A stretch of DNA of 64,000 nucleotides, from the NCBI GenBank assembly GCA_048213135.1, contig PS015010.1, forward strand, positions 1,674,001-1,738,000, read 5' to 3'. The notes below the pieces were generated by a model that saw nothing but the letters and a program-made list of their open reading frames with translations, made no database searches and was not told the origin of the DNA. Below are positions 19,177 to 30,278 of the stretch, piece after piece. The DNA is from Reclinomonas americana ATCC 50394 (Eukaryota). Made by a program: the position numbers and the translations under genes. Every line of letters begins with the position of its first letter. Within the stretch, counting starts at the first letter, position 1.

Positions 19177-20997
19177 CTAGTTGGCAATCACAAAATCGGG
19201 GCGGGAAATAAAATTACTGCGGTAGCGGAAACGGATATTGGTGTTGATCTCCACCTTCCAGTTGCGCATATCACCATTGGTGCGGGGGAAGTAATAACCC
19301 CTCAATTCTACCGTGCCGAAAACAAGGTTCTCATTACGTGTGCGGACACCACCACCCAGGGCGCCGTACAATTCTGTTTTCCCGATATTGGCCTTACTGG
19401 GTTTAAGTGCCGAAGCGTCGGCGAAAACGAAAGGCGCAAAACGGAAGCCCAGCACTTTTTTCGTGTTGTAAAAAACACCCTCTCCTTTTACGGTGGCCCG
19501 CAGATCGGCGTTGATCATATAATTACTGAAATAAGGCAGCCCATATTCACTGGAGAGGAACAAAGGCGTATTGAGTACCGGGTTAGCCTGGGCGGTAATA
19601 CCCACGCTGATGAAACCCCGGTGAAACCAGGTATTGCTGAGTTTGCCCAGCCGTGTAAAATAATCGGCATTGGCCAGCATGTCCACATCCTCAAATCGTT
19701 TCTTATAAAAATAGCCCCCGGCCCTGAAGGTATAACTGCTGTAAAAACCCTTATTGCGGATATTGGTCACCTGCACATCGAAGCCTCCATACGGCCTGTT
19801 CCTGCCCTGCTTATTAACAAAGCCGCTGTTGAGCGATATGTTGAACCCTTCAGGAACGTCCTCGCTCCGGCCAAAACCATAAATGAAGTTGGTTTTGTAG
19901 AATACCTGCCGGAAAAAATTGATGGAGACCAGTCCACCCGCGAAATTGCTGAAACGGTAATCGAAACTGGTTTTGGCGATCTGCGGCTTCTCTGTAAAAT
20001 GCTGCATAAATCCCCGTATGGCCATGAAACGATGTACTTTGATCTCGCGACTGTTGTACATGGCCCTGCGGTTATCGAGACTGTAGCCAAACCAGCCGTC
20101 GATGGTATAGTACTGGTAACGGACGTCGCTGTTGTACAGCGAGTCGGACACATAATTATTCCTGGTCGTATATACAGCGGCCTCCAAAGCCCCCGTGGTA
20201 GGGATGTAAGGTGTTACCAATGGCTTCTCCACACGGGTATACAGCGTGGCTTCTTCGTTCCTGCTGCTGTTGAAAGCCAGCCGGTAGCCCTGGTAACCTA
20301 TTGTCCAGTCAATGAAAGATCCTTTGATATTCCGTTTTACAAACTCCACCCCGTAATCATTGGGCGGGTTACGCACTTTATCATAATAACCGGATATGGC
20401 CAGTTTACTTCCCGACCCGTACATATTTTCATCTCTCACTTCCACCCTTCCGCGTTCAAGGCTGCTGATGTTGATCCTGGCGCCGATGGAAAAAACGTCT
20501 TTGGTCATCACCACCACATCCACCGAATCGGTACTGTTTTCCGAATAGTCGACCAGTATCCTTGCATCTTTAATGTAGACTAACTCGCGGAGGTAACGCT
20601 CATTATCGGCAAGTAATAAAGGATACAGGCGGGTGCCTTCCTTAAAGAAGATATTGTTGCGGATCAGTTTTTCCGTTGAATTGCGGTGAAACTTTTTAGC
20701 CAGCCGGGTACCGAAATCGGTTTTCTTACGCGTGGTATCGTAGATATCGTACTCAAAATCGAGGCGGTACACTTCAATGGAACGAATGATCTTCCCTTTG
20801 AAACGGAAGAAAGGATTAGCCACCTGTTCGGGCTCAATAGCGGGTACGCCACGTGAAATACTTTTCCCAAAACGCCCCAGCAATCCTTTTTTTTTGGCCA
20901 GGAAGAAGGTATCCTGTGCGTCGGGGTTTTGTGCGCATGCGTCGTTCACTGCAAAGAAAAGCAGTGCTACGGCCATTATTAAGACCCGGTGGAGCAT
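19177..20997 (-). CDS. Outer-membrane BamA/TamA (Omp85)-like protein
   Basis: Signal peptide; POTRA-like segment (ERYLREL..IKDARI..VDVVVMTKD); amphipathic beta-strands with GGGVR near the C-terminus. Confidence 0.7.
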   Translation of the reverse strand: MLHRVLIMAVALLFFAVNDACAQNPDAQDTFFLAKKKGLLGRFGKSISRGVPAIEPEQVANPFFRFKGKIIRSIEVYRLDFEYDIYDTTRKKTDFGTRLAKKFHRNSTEKLIRNNIFFKEGTRLYPLLLADNERYLRELVYIKDARILVDYSENSTDSVDVVVMTKDVFSIGARINISSLERGRVEVRDENMYGSGSKLAISGYYDKVRNPPNDYGVEFVKRNIKGSFIDWTIGYQGYRLAFNSSRNEEATLYTRVEKPLVTPYIPTTGALEAAVYTTRNNYVSDSLYNSDVRYQYYTIDGWFGYSLDNRRAMYNSREIKVHRFMAIRGFMQHFTEKPQIAKTSFDYRFSNFAGGLVSINFFRQVFYKTNFIYGFGRSEDVPEGFNISLNSGFVNKQGRNRPYGGFDVQVTNIRNKGFYSSYTFRAGGYFYKKRFEDVDMLANADYFTRLGKLSNTWFHRGFISVGITAQANPVLNTPLFLSSEYGLPYFSNYMINADLRATVKGEGVFYNTKKVLGFRFAPFVFADASALKPSKANIGKTELYGALGGGVRTRNENLVFGTVELRGYYFPRTNGDMRNWKVEINTNIRFRYRSNFISRPDFVIAN

Positions 20998-21143
20998 ATG
21001 GTTTGCAGCGACTTTGATACCGTGTTGAACTTTAAAGATATTGATTTGGTGCTGAACTGCGTGTTAACACATTGTTGATGAAGAAACTGAAAAGATCGGG
21101 CCAAAACTTGCACGGCGGCTCGGGAAGCACTATATTTCCCGTT

Positions 21144-21524
21144 ATGAAAGTATATGGTAAAGCACTGGTCGTATTACTGATGGCGATTGTTGGCTGTTTT
21201 ATCGCCGCCAGCCTGCTCGATATTGTACTGGCAGCCATATATCCGCGTTTCTACTCTCCTGCTTTGTTCATCGTAACTTTTGGTGTAGCGGGCATCATTG
21301 CCGGCGCCTCCGTATGGGGGTACCAACTGGAACAGGATGAAAAGGAAACTCGTCTTCCCGCATGGGTTCCTACTGTATATATGCTTCTTTTCGCTTTGCT
21401 GTTCATCTTTTTTCTCTCTCCCCTGGAAGGCGGCGAGTATGGCCCTGCTTTTATGTCGTTTGGTATTGCGCTTGGCCTCACGGGCATCTTCACCTGGTTC
21501 GTGAAAGAGAAAAAAACAAGTTAA
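21144..21524 (+). CDS. Four-TM membrane hypothetical protein
   Basis: Four hydrophobic segments. Start placed at the ATG at 21144. Confidence 0.65.
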   Translation: MKVYGKALVVLLMAIVGCFIAASLLDIVLAAIYPRFYSPALFIVTFGVAGIIAGASVWGYQLEQDEKETRLPAWVPTVYMLLFALLFIFFLSPLEGGEYGPAFMSFGIALGLTGIFTWFVKEKKTS

Positions 21525-21591
21525 TTTCCTGTTTACAGCGTTTTTTCTGGCATAGTATTTTCTTCTCTTATGCTGTAACAAAGCATATTGT

Positions 21592-21939
21592 ATGAAGAAG
21601 TTAAAAGCGTTGCTGGTGGCCATACTGCTGATGTTCAGCGCAGGTGTGGCAGTAGCCCAGCCGCCGCATGCAAAAGCATATGGCAAGAAGAAATTTTATT
21701 ATTACCCGCAGCAGAATGTTTACTATGACCCGGTATCAGCAGTATATATTTATAACAACGGCCCGCAATGGACAAGTGTGGCTGTGCTGCCGCCTTCACT
21801 GGTGATCAGCGTGGGAGCACCCAGGGTGATGGTTTACCACGAAGGCCCCGAGGTGTGGTACGATAACCCAGCACATGTGGTAAAGTACAAAAGTTACAAA
21901 CCAAAGAAAGTGAAATATCACAAACACAAGCACCCGTGA
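21592..21939 (+). CDS. Secreted Tyr/Pro-rich hypothetical protein with basic His/Lys tail
   Basis: Signal AVA|Q; PPHAKAYGKK; YYYPQQNVYYDP. Confidence 0.75.
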   Translation: MKKLKALLVAILLMFSAGVAVAQPPHAKAYGKKKFYYYPQQNVYYDPVSAVYIYNNGPQWTSVAVLPPSLVISVGAPRVMVYHEGPEVWYDNPAHVVKYKSYKPKKVKYHKHKHP

Positions 21940-21958
21940 TCGGGTATGGGTGTAAAGG

Positions 21959-21992
21959 AAAAGCCGGCATCGCAACTGCCGGCTTTCTTTTT
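21959..21992. terminator. Bidirectional terminator
   Basis: AAAGCCGGCA...TGCCGGCTTT flanked by A- and T-runs. Confidence 0.8.
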
Positions 21993-22007
21993 GTATAACA
22001 ATGTTGT

Positions 22008-22832
22008 CTAGTGAAATATTCGTGCGAAAAATTCCCGCATGTCCCGCCATGAAGCAGAATCGGCAGCGGCATTATAGGCAATAGGTATTTTGAACTTTTC
22101 TCCATTGGCGGTCGCATCGGGATTACTGAAAGCATGTAAGGCACCGGGATAGGATTTGAACACGTAATCAGCTTTGATCGAATCGAGTTGTTTCCGGAAT
22201 GTGTTGAGTTCTTCCGGGCTGATGAATTTATCATCTCCCCCGTGGCATACGAGTATTTTTGCTTTGAGCAGGTCTTTATTGGCCTGTACGCCTGCCAGCC
22301 CGCCGTGGAAGCTTACCACGCCTTTCAACGATTCTCCCAGCTTGGCCATATTCAATACCATGGACCCGCCGAAGCAGTACCCGATGGCAGCAATACGACT
22401 GGTATCGGTTTGAGCGTATTGCTTAACAGTAGCCAGCGCCGCGTCAAACCTGGCTTTGGCCATTTGCGGATTCTCATAAAAAGGCATCGCCAGTTTACCG
22501 GCTGTTTGCGGGTCGTTGCCCTGTGTACCATTGCCATACAGGTCAACCACCATGGCGATATACCCCAGTTCGGCCAGTTGTTTTGCCCGGCGGCGAACGT
22601 AATCATTCACACCCCACCATTCCGGTACAATGAGTACGGCCGGGCGTTTAGCGGTGGAGGCGCTGTCGTAAGTTACAAACCCTTTCATCGTCAGCGTATC
22701 GAGCTTATAATTGACTGCTTCTTCGCGGATAACAGGCCCTGATTGTTTTTCCCCGGAAATTTTATTGGAATCGCTGCTGTTGCAAGAAGCAGCCAGCAGC
22801 AGTACCCCTACAGCGAATGCTATTTTTTTCAT
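22008..22832 (-). CDS. Dienelactone hydrolase family lipoprotein
   Basis: LAASC lipobox; PEWWG; GYCFGG; SFHG; HAF. A TACATTTG -7 box lies at 22869-22876. Confidence 0.9.
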   Translation of the reverse strand: MKKIAFAVGVLLLAASCNSSDSNKISGEKQSGPVIREEAVNYKLDTLTMKGFVTYDSASTAKRPAVLIVPEWWGVNDYVRRRAKQLAELGYIAMVVDLYGNGTQGNDPQTAGKLAMPFYENPQMAKARFDAALATVKQYAQTDTSRIAAIGYCFGGSMVLNMAKLGESLKGVVSFHGGLAGVQANKDLLKAKILVCHGGDDKFISPEELNTFRKQLDSIKADYVFKSYPGALHAFSNPDATANGEKFKIPIAYNAAADSASWRDMREFFARIFH

Positions 22833-22990
22833 TGTATATAAGATTTGGTAATGGATAGAAGACAAACACAAATGTAGGAAAATGGTTCATACCTGCTATA
22901 AAACAACAGGTGACATCCCAAAAGGAACATCACCTGTGTTTGTTCAAATTCAAATCTAAACCGGGTTGCGGAAAAACTGTTGCTGTGCGC

Positions 22991-23563
22991 TTATTTTTTC
23001 AGCAGCGCTTTGGCCGTTTTTGTCGGCAGGAATATCTGGAAGCCTACATTCAGGCCTACGTTGTGTGTTGTTTTCAGGTTGTCGCGTGTAGGATCATAAG
23101 CGGTATAACCCAGTCCAACTTCCAGCGCTACGTTCTTGGTGAAAAAGCGGTTGTAACCTACGCCTACGCCATAAAGTAAAGTGGTGGAAGAGTTATCGGT
23201 AGCCGGGTTCTCATCATCGAACGTATGAACACCCACACCGAAGCGTGCCTGTCCGTATAAGCCGTTCGCACCTTCCCTCATAAAATAATAACGAACCAGC
23301 GGAGCCACACCAAAATCAAAAGAACCATTTACGTCTTTTGGTTTGGTATACATCATATCCAGACTACCACCTACTGCGAGGTTATCGATAACAAATTTTC
23401 CAATGTTGGGAGATACACCAATGCTGAACACCTGGTTAGAACCCGTAGAGGAGAAATTGATACCGCCCAGGGTACCGCCTACCATAAGATTTCCTTTTTC
23501 TGTTTGTGCCTTTGTTGCAGAGGCCAGTATCACCAGCGCACCTGCAAAAATCATCTTCTTCAT
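22991..23563 (-). CDS. Outer-membrane 8-stranded beta-barrel protein
   Basis: Signal ending TKA|Q; alternating beta-strands; terminal VGFQIFL strand. Confidence 0.85.
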   Translation of the reverse strand: MKKMIFAGALVILASATKAQTEKGNLMVGGTLGGINFSSTGSNQVFSIGVSPNIGKFVIDNLAVGGSLDMMYTKPKDVNGSFDFGVAPLVRYYFMREGANGLYGQARFGVGVHTFDDENPATDNSSTTLLYGVGVGYNRFFTKNVALEVGLGYTAYDPTRDNLKTTHNVGLNVGFQIFLPTKTAKALLKK

Positions 23564-23757
23564 AATTTACATTTTGTTTTCTCTAAAGACGATCGCGGCA
23601 GAAAGATGGATGCGGCGGAAATGTTAATGAAAAGCAAATAGAGGGGAATTAATTACCAATTATGAATTACGAATTATGAATTAATAGCATATACAAGAAA
23701 GAGCAGTTTATTTATCAGCAGTATTATTCTTTCTTGATACTCACTACTAAATACTAG

Positions 23758-24123
23758 TTACTTACTTGTGCATTCCCGTATTTCCTGGATAACAACACCA
23801 TTAGGCATAGTTGTTTTTATCCATACGGATTTGCGCTTTTTGTAGGCGGCCTGGAGCAGCTTCAGTTGTGCGCTGAAGGCGGGCGCAGTGGCGGGCAACT
23901 GGTAGAATCGTGCAGATTCGCTGAAGATCACTTCCGCGAAATCTTTGCTGTAATCAGGGTATATCCTGATGATGGTCATTTTATGAAAACCGCTGTCGGT
24001 CATTTGTTTGGCATTCTGGGCTTTGCTATTGAATGAACACAGCAACAAAGTTAACCATAAAGCCAGCCTGTACGTTATACAGGCCGGCCGTGATAATATG
24101 ACGGATGTTATTTTATGGTCCAT
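23758..24123 (-). CDS. Secreted protein resembling a stand-alone protein-glutaminase pro-domain
   Basis: Signal ending SKA|Q. EVIFSESARFYQL...LLQAAYKK...VWI parallels the pro-region of the upstream enzyme (DVLFNEREQVYNI...LEDARKN...LKI). Its ATG directly abuts the upstream TAA. Confidence 0.65.
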   Translation of the reverse strand: MDHKITSVILSRPACITYRLALWLTLLLCSFNSKAQNAKQMTDSGFHKMTIIRIYPDYSKDFAEVIFSESARFYQLPATAPAFSAQLKLLQAAYKKRKSVWIKTTMPNGVVIQEIRECTSK

Positions 24124-25218
24124 TTAATTACAGGTGGTTAAATTGGCATAATTGATCAATGTCTGGTTAGTGGCGGTATAATTAGGATCTGTGGTAAAGT
24201 TGACGCCCACCGGGTAAGAGGGAGTATAAGCCGATGAAGGCTGTATACTGTACATCGATACATGCGCATTATTTGAGCAGGCCGGGTTTTCCTGCGCTGC
24301 CAGCCAGGTAGACAATAATACCGGCTGGTTGAACATACTGGGATCGATCACGTAAGCCCGGGTTAATGAAAAGGCACCGAAGTTTATTTTCACTTTAACG
24401 AGCGGGGCTACATGGTACCACCAGTTGATGCAGCATCCACCCCATTTATCCGCCTTCACCGAAAGCTTGTCGTTGTTCACATAGGCGAAGCTGAATACTT
24501 TCTGACTGCAGTACTTATATTTTTTCTCGATGATCCAGCGCATTTTGTGCGCACGGGCATAACAACCGTCCCACACATATTGAAAAGGAATACAATGATC
24601 GATGCCATAAGGTCCCGGCAGGTTGCAGGACTGTTGTGCGCAATAATCAAATATTTCTTTTGCTTTGGCGTAGCTGGGTATAACGGTGGTGCATAAAAAC
24701 AGTGAAGGCCATTTCAGCTTTTCAATATTATTAAATACCGCTGTATCAATTTTACTGACCTCTATGCGTTGTGCGCTGTCGCCTTTCAGTATCTGTTTCC
24801 TGATCTCGTTGAATCTTTCCAGTTCCGGTGCTTCCGGTTTGGTGATCGTGCTGATGGATGCTTTCCTGGCGTTGGTAATAATTTTCAGTGGTGTATTGTT
24901 TTTCCGGGCATCTTCCAGGCTGCGGTTGAATACATCAAAATCCTTGTCTTTCCTGCTGATGTTGTATACCTGCTCCCTTTCATTGAACAGTACGTCAACC
25001 GATTCGCCGTCTTTCGAGGGTAATATAAAGGCAACGGTTACCACACTGCTGTCGGGGCGAAGCAGTGTATCAGCTTTAGGCCGGCTGATATTTTTATCGT
25101 TACGGTCTTCTGTATTGTCCGTCTTTTTTTCACCGGACGTACAGGAAACCATCCCAATGGTGAGTGCCGCAGACAGGATGAATCCTGCAGGGCGTAAGAT
25201 AGTTGTAAGCGTTTTCAT
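24124..25218 (-). CDS. Protein-glutamine glutaminase (protein glutaminase), lipoprotein with pro-domain
   Basis: DGCYARAHKM (catalytic Cys), CCINWWYHVAPLV (His), YVIDPSMF (Asp), as in Chryseobacterium protein-glutaminase; lipobox MVSC; TAATTTTG -7 box at 25240-25247. Confidence 0.92.
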   Translation of the reverse strand: MKTLTTILRPAGFILSAALTIGMVSCTSGEKKTDNTEDRNDKNISRPKADTLLRPDSSVVTVAFILPSKDGESVDVLFNEREQVYNISRKDKDFDVFNRSLEDARKNNTPLKIITNARKASISTITKPEAPELERFNEIRKQILKGDSAQRIEVSKIDTAVFNNIEKLKWPSLFLCTTVIPSYAKAKEIFDYCAQQSCNLPGPYGIDHCIPFQYVWDGCYARAHKMRWIIEKKYKYCSQKVFSFAYVNNDKLSVKADKWGGCCINWWYHVAPLVKVKINFGAFSLTRAYVIDPSMFNQPVLLSTWLAAQENPACSNNAHVSMYSIQPSSAYTPSYPVGVNFTTDPNYTATNQTLINYANLTTCN

Positions 25219-25385
25219 ATAAGGGGTGTTTTATACCTGCAAAATTAGGTAGTACAGCATCACCAGTCAATACCACAAAGAGGTTAGGACGGCCACGGCG
25301 GACCCGGATAAGAGCAGTTGGTTCGTTAAAAATTTCCTTCCTGAATCGCAACTCTTAACTGGGTATATTCTTCACCAGGATAAAT

Positions 25386-25416
25386 AAAAAAACCGCAGTG
25401 TTGTTTACTGCGGTCC
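25386..25416 (-). terminator. dnaK terminator
   Basis: ACCGCAGT...ACTGCGGT stem with an A-run on + (U-run on -). Confidence 0.75.
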
Positions 25417-25439
25417 TTGTTATATTATTGTTTCGTGAA

Positions 25440-27350
25440 TTATTTCACTTCTTCAAACTGGGCATCTTCCACGTGATCGCCCCCACCCTTTGATCCGCCG
25501 GACCCGGGTTGTGACTGATCAGCGCCGGGTTGCTGAGCACCACCTTCCTGTGTGGCTTTGTACATTTCTTCACTGGCGGCTGTCCATGCAGCGTTCATTT
25601 CTTCTGTAGCCGTGTCAATTTGTGCAAGGTCCTGTGACTGGTGAGCTGTACGCAGTTTGGCCAGGGCATTTTCGATAGGTGCTTTTTTCTCAGCAGGTAT
25701 CTTGTCGCCATATTCCTTCAGTTGCTTTTCCGTTTGGAAAATAAGACTGTCGGCCTGGTTCACTTTATCTACTTTTTCCCTTTCCGCTTTATCGGAGGCT
25801 TCATTGGCTTTGGCTTCGTTCTTCATTTTTTCAATGTCCTCTTTGCTGAGGCCGCTGCCTGCTTCAATGCGTATTTTTTGTTCTTTACCTGTGCCTTTGT
25901 CTTTAGCGCTTACATGCAGGATACCGTTGGCATCGATATCGAATGTTACTTCGATCTGCGGTACACCGCGGGGGGCCGGCGGAATATCGGCGAGGTTGAA
26001 ACGGCCCAGGCTCTTATTCTGGTTAGCCATTGGCCTTTCGCCCTGCAATACGTGTATCTCAACACCAGGCTGGTTATCGCTGGCAGTAGAGAAGACTTCA
26101 GATTTTTTGGTAGGGATAGTAGTGTTGCTGTCGATCAGCCTTGTCATTACACCACCCATGGTTTCAATACCCAGGCTCAGCGGCGTAACGTCGAGCAGGA
26201 GTACGTCTTTGATATCACCGCTCAGTACGGCGCCCTGTATGGCAGCGCCTACGGCTACTACTTCATCGGGGTTAACACCACGGTTGGGTTTTTTACCAAA
26301 GAATTTTTCCACTACTTCCTGCACTTTGGGTATACGACTGCTGCCGCCTACCAGTATCACTTCGTCGATGTCGCTGGTGCTCATGCCGGCATCTTTCAAT
26401 GCCTGTTCGCATGGTCTCAGGCAGCGTTCAAAGAGTTTATCGGCCAGGGCTTCGAATTTAGCGCGGCTCAGTTTTTTCACCAGGTGTTTAGGCACGCCGT
26501 CAACAGCGGTGATGTAAGGCAGGTTGATCTCTGTTTCAGAAGAAGAAGAGAGTTCCACCTTCGCTTTTTCAGCGGCTTCTTTCAAGCGCTGAAGGGCCAT
26601 TGGATCTTTACGCAGGTCGATGGCTTCGTCGTTTTTGAATTCATCGGCCAGCCAGTCCATGATCACTTTATCAAAATCATCACCACCCAGGTGGGTGTCG
26701 CCATTGGTGGATTTCACTTCAAATACACCGTCACCCAGTTCGAGTACGGAAATATCGAAAGTACCGCCACCAAGGTCGAATACAGCGATTTTATGGTCCT
26801 TACCGCCTTTGTCGAGGCCATAAGCCAGGGCTGCAGCGGTAGGTTCGTTAACGATACGTTTTACAGTAAGGCCGGCAATTTCGCCTGCTTCTTTGGTGGC
26901 CTGGCGCTGGGCGTCGTTGAAATACGCCGGAACGGTGATTACCGCTTCGGTTACTTCCTGGCCCAGGTAATCTTCAGCCGTTTTTTTCATTTTCTGCAGT
27001 ACCATCGCGCTGATTTCCTGCGGGGTATACTGCCTGCCATCTATGTCAATACGAACGGTATTATTGTCACCTTTTACCACTTTATAGCTCCAGTGGCTGC
27101 TTTCTTCTGTCACCTCATCAAAGCGACGGCCCATGAAACGTTTTACGCTCATGATGGTATTGTGCGGGTTGGTGATGGCCTGCCTTTTGGCCGGGTCGCC
27201 CACCTTACGTTCGCCATTTTTCAAAAAAGCCACTACAGACGGGGTTGTACGGCGTCCTTCCTCGTTCGCGATCACTACAGGCTCATTACCTTCCATAACC
27301 GCAACGCAGCTGTTGGTTGTTCCAAGGTCAATTCCTATTATTTTTCCCAT
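25440..27350 (-). CDS. dnaK: Chaperone DnaK (Hsp70)
   Basis: [33 protein letters not shown] motifs. Confidence 0.99.
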   Translation of the reverse strand: MGKIIGIDLGTTNSCVAVMEGNEPVVIANEEGRRTTPSVVAFLKNGERKVGDPAKRQAITNPHNTIMSVKRFMGRRFDEVTEESSHWSYKVVKGDNNTVRIDIDGRQYTPQEISAMVLQKMKKTAEDYLGQEVTEAVITVPAYFNDAQRQATKEAGEIAGLTVKRIVNEPTAAALAYGLDKGGKDHKIAVFDLGGGTFDISVLELGDGVFEVKSTNGDTHLGGDDFDKVIMDWLADEFKNDEAIDLRKDPMALQRLKEAAEKAKVELSSSSETEINLPYITAVDGVPKHLVKKLSRAKFEALADKLFERCLRPCEQALKDAGMSTSDIDEVILVGGSSRIPKVQEVVEKFFGKKPNRGVNPDEVVAVGAAIQGAVLSGDIKDVLLLDVTPLSLGIETMGGVMTRLIDSNTTIPTKKSEVFSTASDNQPGVEIHVLQGERPMANQNKSLGRFNLADIPPAPRGVPQIEVTFDIDANGILHVSAKDKGTGKEQKIRIEAGSGLSKEDIEKMKNEAKANEASDKAEREKVDKVNQADSLIFQTEKQLKEYGDKIPAEKKAPIENALAKLRTAHQSQDLAQIDTATEEMNAAWTAASEEMYKATQEGGAQQPGADQSQPGSGGSKGGGDHVEDAQFEEVK

Positions 27351-27381
27351 GATTATATATTGTTATTTACCTAACCCCGTG

Positions 27382-27396
27382 GCAATGATTGTGCCA
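27382..27396 (-). promoter_or_regulatory. sigma54 (RpoN) -24/-12 promoter candidate for dnaK
   Basis: Minus strand reads TGGCAC-AATCA-TTGC, an exact TGGCAC-N5-TTGC, ending 31 nt upstream of the dnaK ATG. Confidence 0.7.
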
Positions 27397-27429
27397 TGCA
27401 GCTGGTTGATGAAATTTTGTCAGTTACTG

Positions 27430-27668
27430 GAGATGTCAACCGGATCATGGGAGATGTCATCCGGAATAGGCTGCAAAACAGGATGACATCTCGTAAATCA
27501 GGTTGACATCTCCCGCTATAGGTTGACATCCTCAATCATAAAATACTGATTTTCAATCTAAATTAAACTTGTCATAAATATGAATAGTTGACATCCTGAA
27601 AGGTTGGTTGACATCTCGTATCATAGGTTGACATCTCAAAATGTGCTCTTATTGGAGGTTGACATCTC
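27430..27668. repeat. Array of nine 12-bp boxes (consensus GGTTGACATCTC), two inverted and seven direct, mostly 20-bp period
   Basis: Inverted copies at 27430 and 27451. Direct copies at 27481, 27501, 27521, 27586, 27606, 27626 and 27657. Confidence 0.9.
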
Positions 27669-27692
27669 AACACTTACCTGTATTTTGCAACC

Positions 27693-28040
27693 ATGATCAG
27701 CACCAAGGAATACATCGACCAGGCCCACAACAGGGTTAAGCAACTGCTGGCGGAGGGCCTAGCGGAAGAAGAGATCATATCTACGCTGACAAAAGAAGGC
27801 ATGACAGCCTACTATGTACAAAGCCTTATTGATAATGTGCAGAACGACCGGGCAGACAAAAAAGCATTTTGGAAACTGGTTGCAGCAGGGTTACTGTCAT
27901 TAGCTGCTTTCGCCTTTGTATGGTTGTACCCGGGTTTCAACGGGTTCCGGGGAGGTTGGATCTATTATTTTCTCCTTTTCGCTTCACTGGGTGGAGGTAT
28001 TACCCTGCTCTTCCGGGCTTTCTCACTTTTCAGGAGGTAG
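27693..28040 (+). CDS. Hypothetical membrane protein (small helical domain plus 2 TM)
   Basis: N-terminal helical segment (EEEIISTLTKEG) followed by two hydrophobic helices. Confidence 0.7.
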   Translation: MISTKEYIDQAHNRVKQLLAEGLAEEEIISTLTKEGMTAYYVQSLIDNVQNDRADKKAFWKLVAAGLLSLAAFAFVWLYPGFNGFRGGWIYYFLLFASLGGGITLLFRAFSLFRR

Positions 28041-28043
28041 CAG

Positions 28044-28525
28044 TTAATTTTCCGGTTTTACTTTAAAAGTAAAATGTTTCTGGCTCAGGTAACTGATCAG
28101 GATCACTATGCAGGTCGTGATCAGCTGGCTCACCAGGGCATTCATTCCCCAAACTTCCACAAACAGTTTGAGCAGACCATAGTTGATCACCAGGTTAAAA
28201 GCGAAGGAAAGAAAATACCGGAGCAGCTGGATGCGGCCTCGCAGGTTGGAATCGACAAAGACCACATACTTCATCAGTAAAAAACCAACAATAAAGTTGA
28301 TACAAAACGAAACCAGCAAGGCTGCAATATGCGGCTTGAAAGCAAAGAATCCGAAATCGAACACCTCTCCTTTAAATATATACTGGTAAAAGATAAAATA
28401 AACCGCCAGACCCAACACGGTATTGGCACCCCCGCAGGCGGCATAACGGAAGGTTTGCTCCGGCATAAACCTCCGGAACGGCGGGTAAAAAAGATCAATG
28501 AACTGTATGATCCTGTCTTTCGGCA

Positions 28526-28526
<1 letters not shown>
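28044..28526 (-). CDS. GtrA-family membrane protein
   Basis: FRYAACGGANT, KYVVF, RYF, SQKHFTF; four TM helices. Confidence 0.9.
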
Positions 28527-30157
<1,631 letters not shown>

Positions 30158-30181
30158 TTAAAAAGTGTGCAAAGATACGGA

Positions 30182-30263
30182 TTAGTCGCTAGTCTGTAGT
30201 AGGTAGTCTTCAGAAGATGCAGGGCGTCCGCCAACGGCTATAGACCAAGGACTAAAGACTAAC
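30182..30263. repeat. Degenerate inverted 7-mer tracts (TAGTC/GACTA family) between divergent promoters
   Basis: ttagtcg ctagtct gtagtag gtagtct ... gaccaag gactaaa gactaac. Confidence 0.65.
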
Positions 30264-30266
30264 CAC

Positions 30267-30274
30267 TATATTTG
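30267..30274 (+). promoter_or_regulatory. sigmaA -7 element (TATATTTG) for argS
   Basis: Exact TAnnTTTG, 4 nt before the ATG. Confidence 0.65.
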
Positions 30275-30278
30275 CAGT

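Noticed and set aside
25641-27374. 577-aa ORF antisense to dnaK
   Set aside because: Long antisense ORFs opposite hsp70 genes are a well-known codon-bias artefact, and this one has no independent motifs or expression signals.
27351-27430. CIRCE/HrcA or sigma32 control of dnaK
   Set aside because: No TTAGCACTC-N9-GAGTGCTAA was seen; a sigma54-type motif fits better.
27430-27668. Repeat array read as a CRISPR array
   Set aside because: 12-bp repeats with 8-bp spacers are far too short, orientation is mixed, and there are no cas genes in the window.
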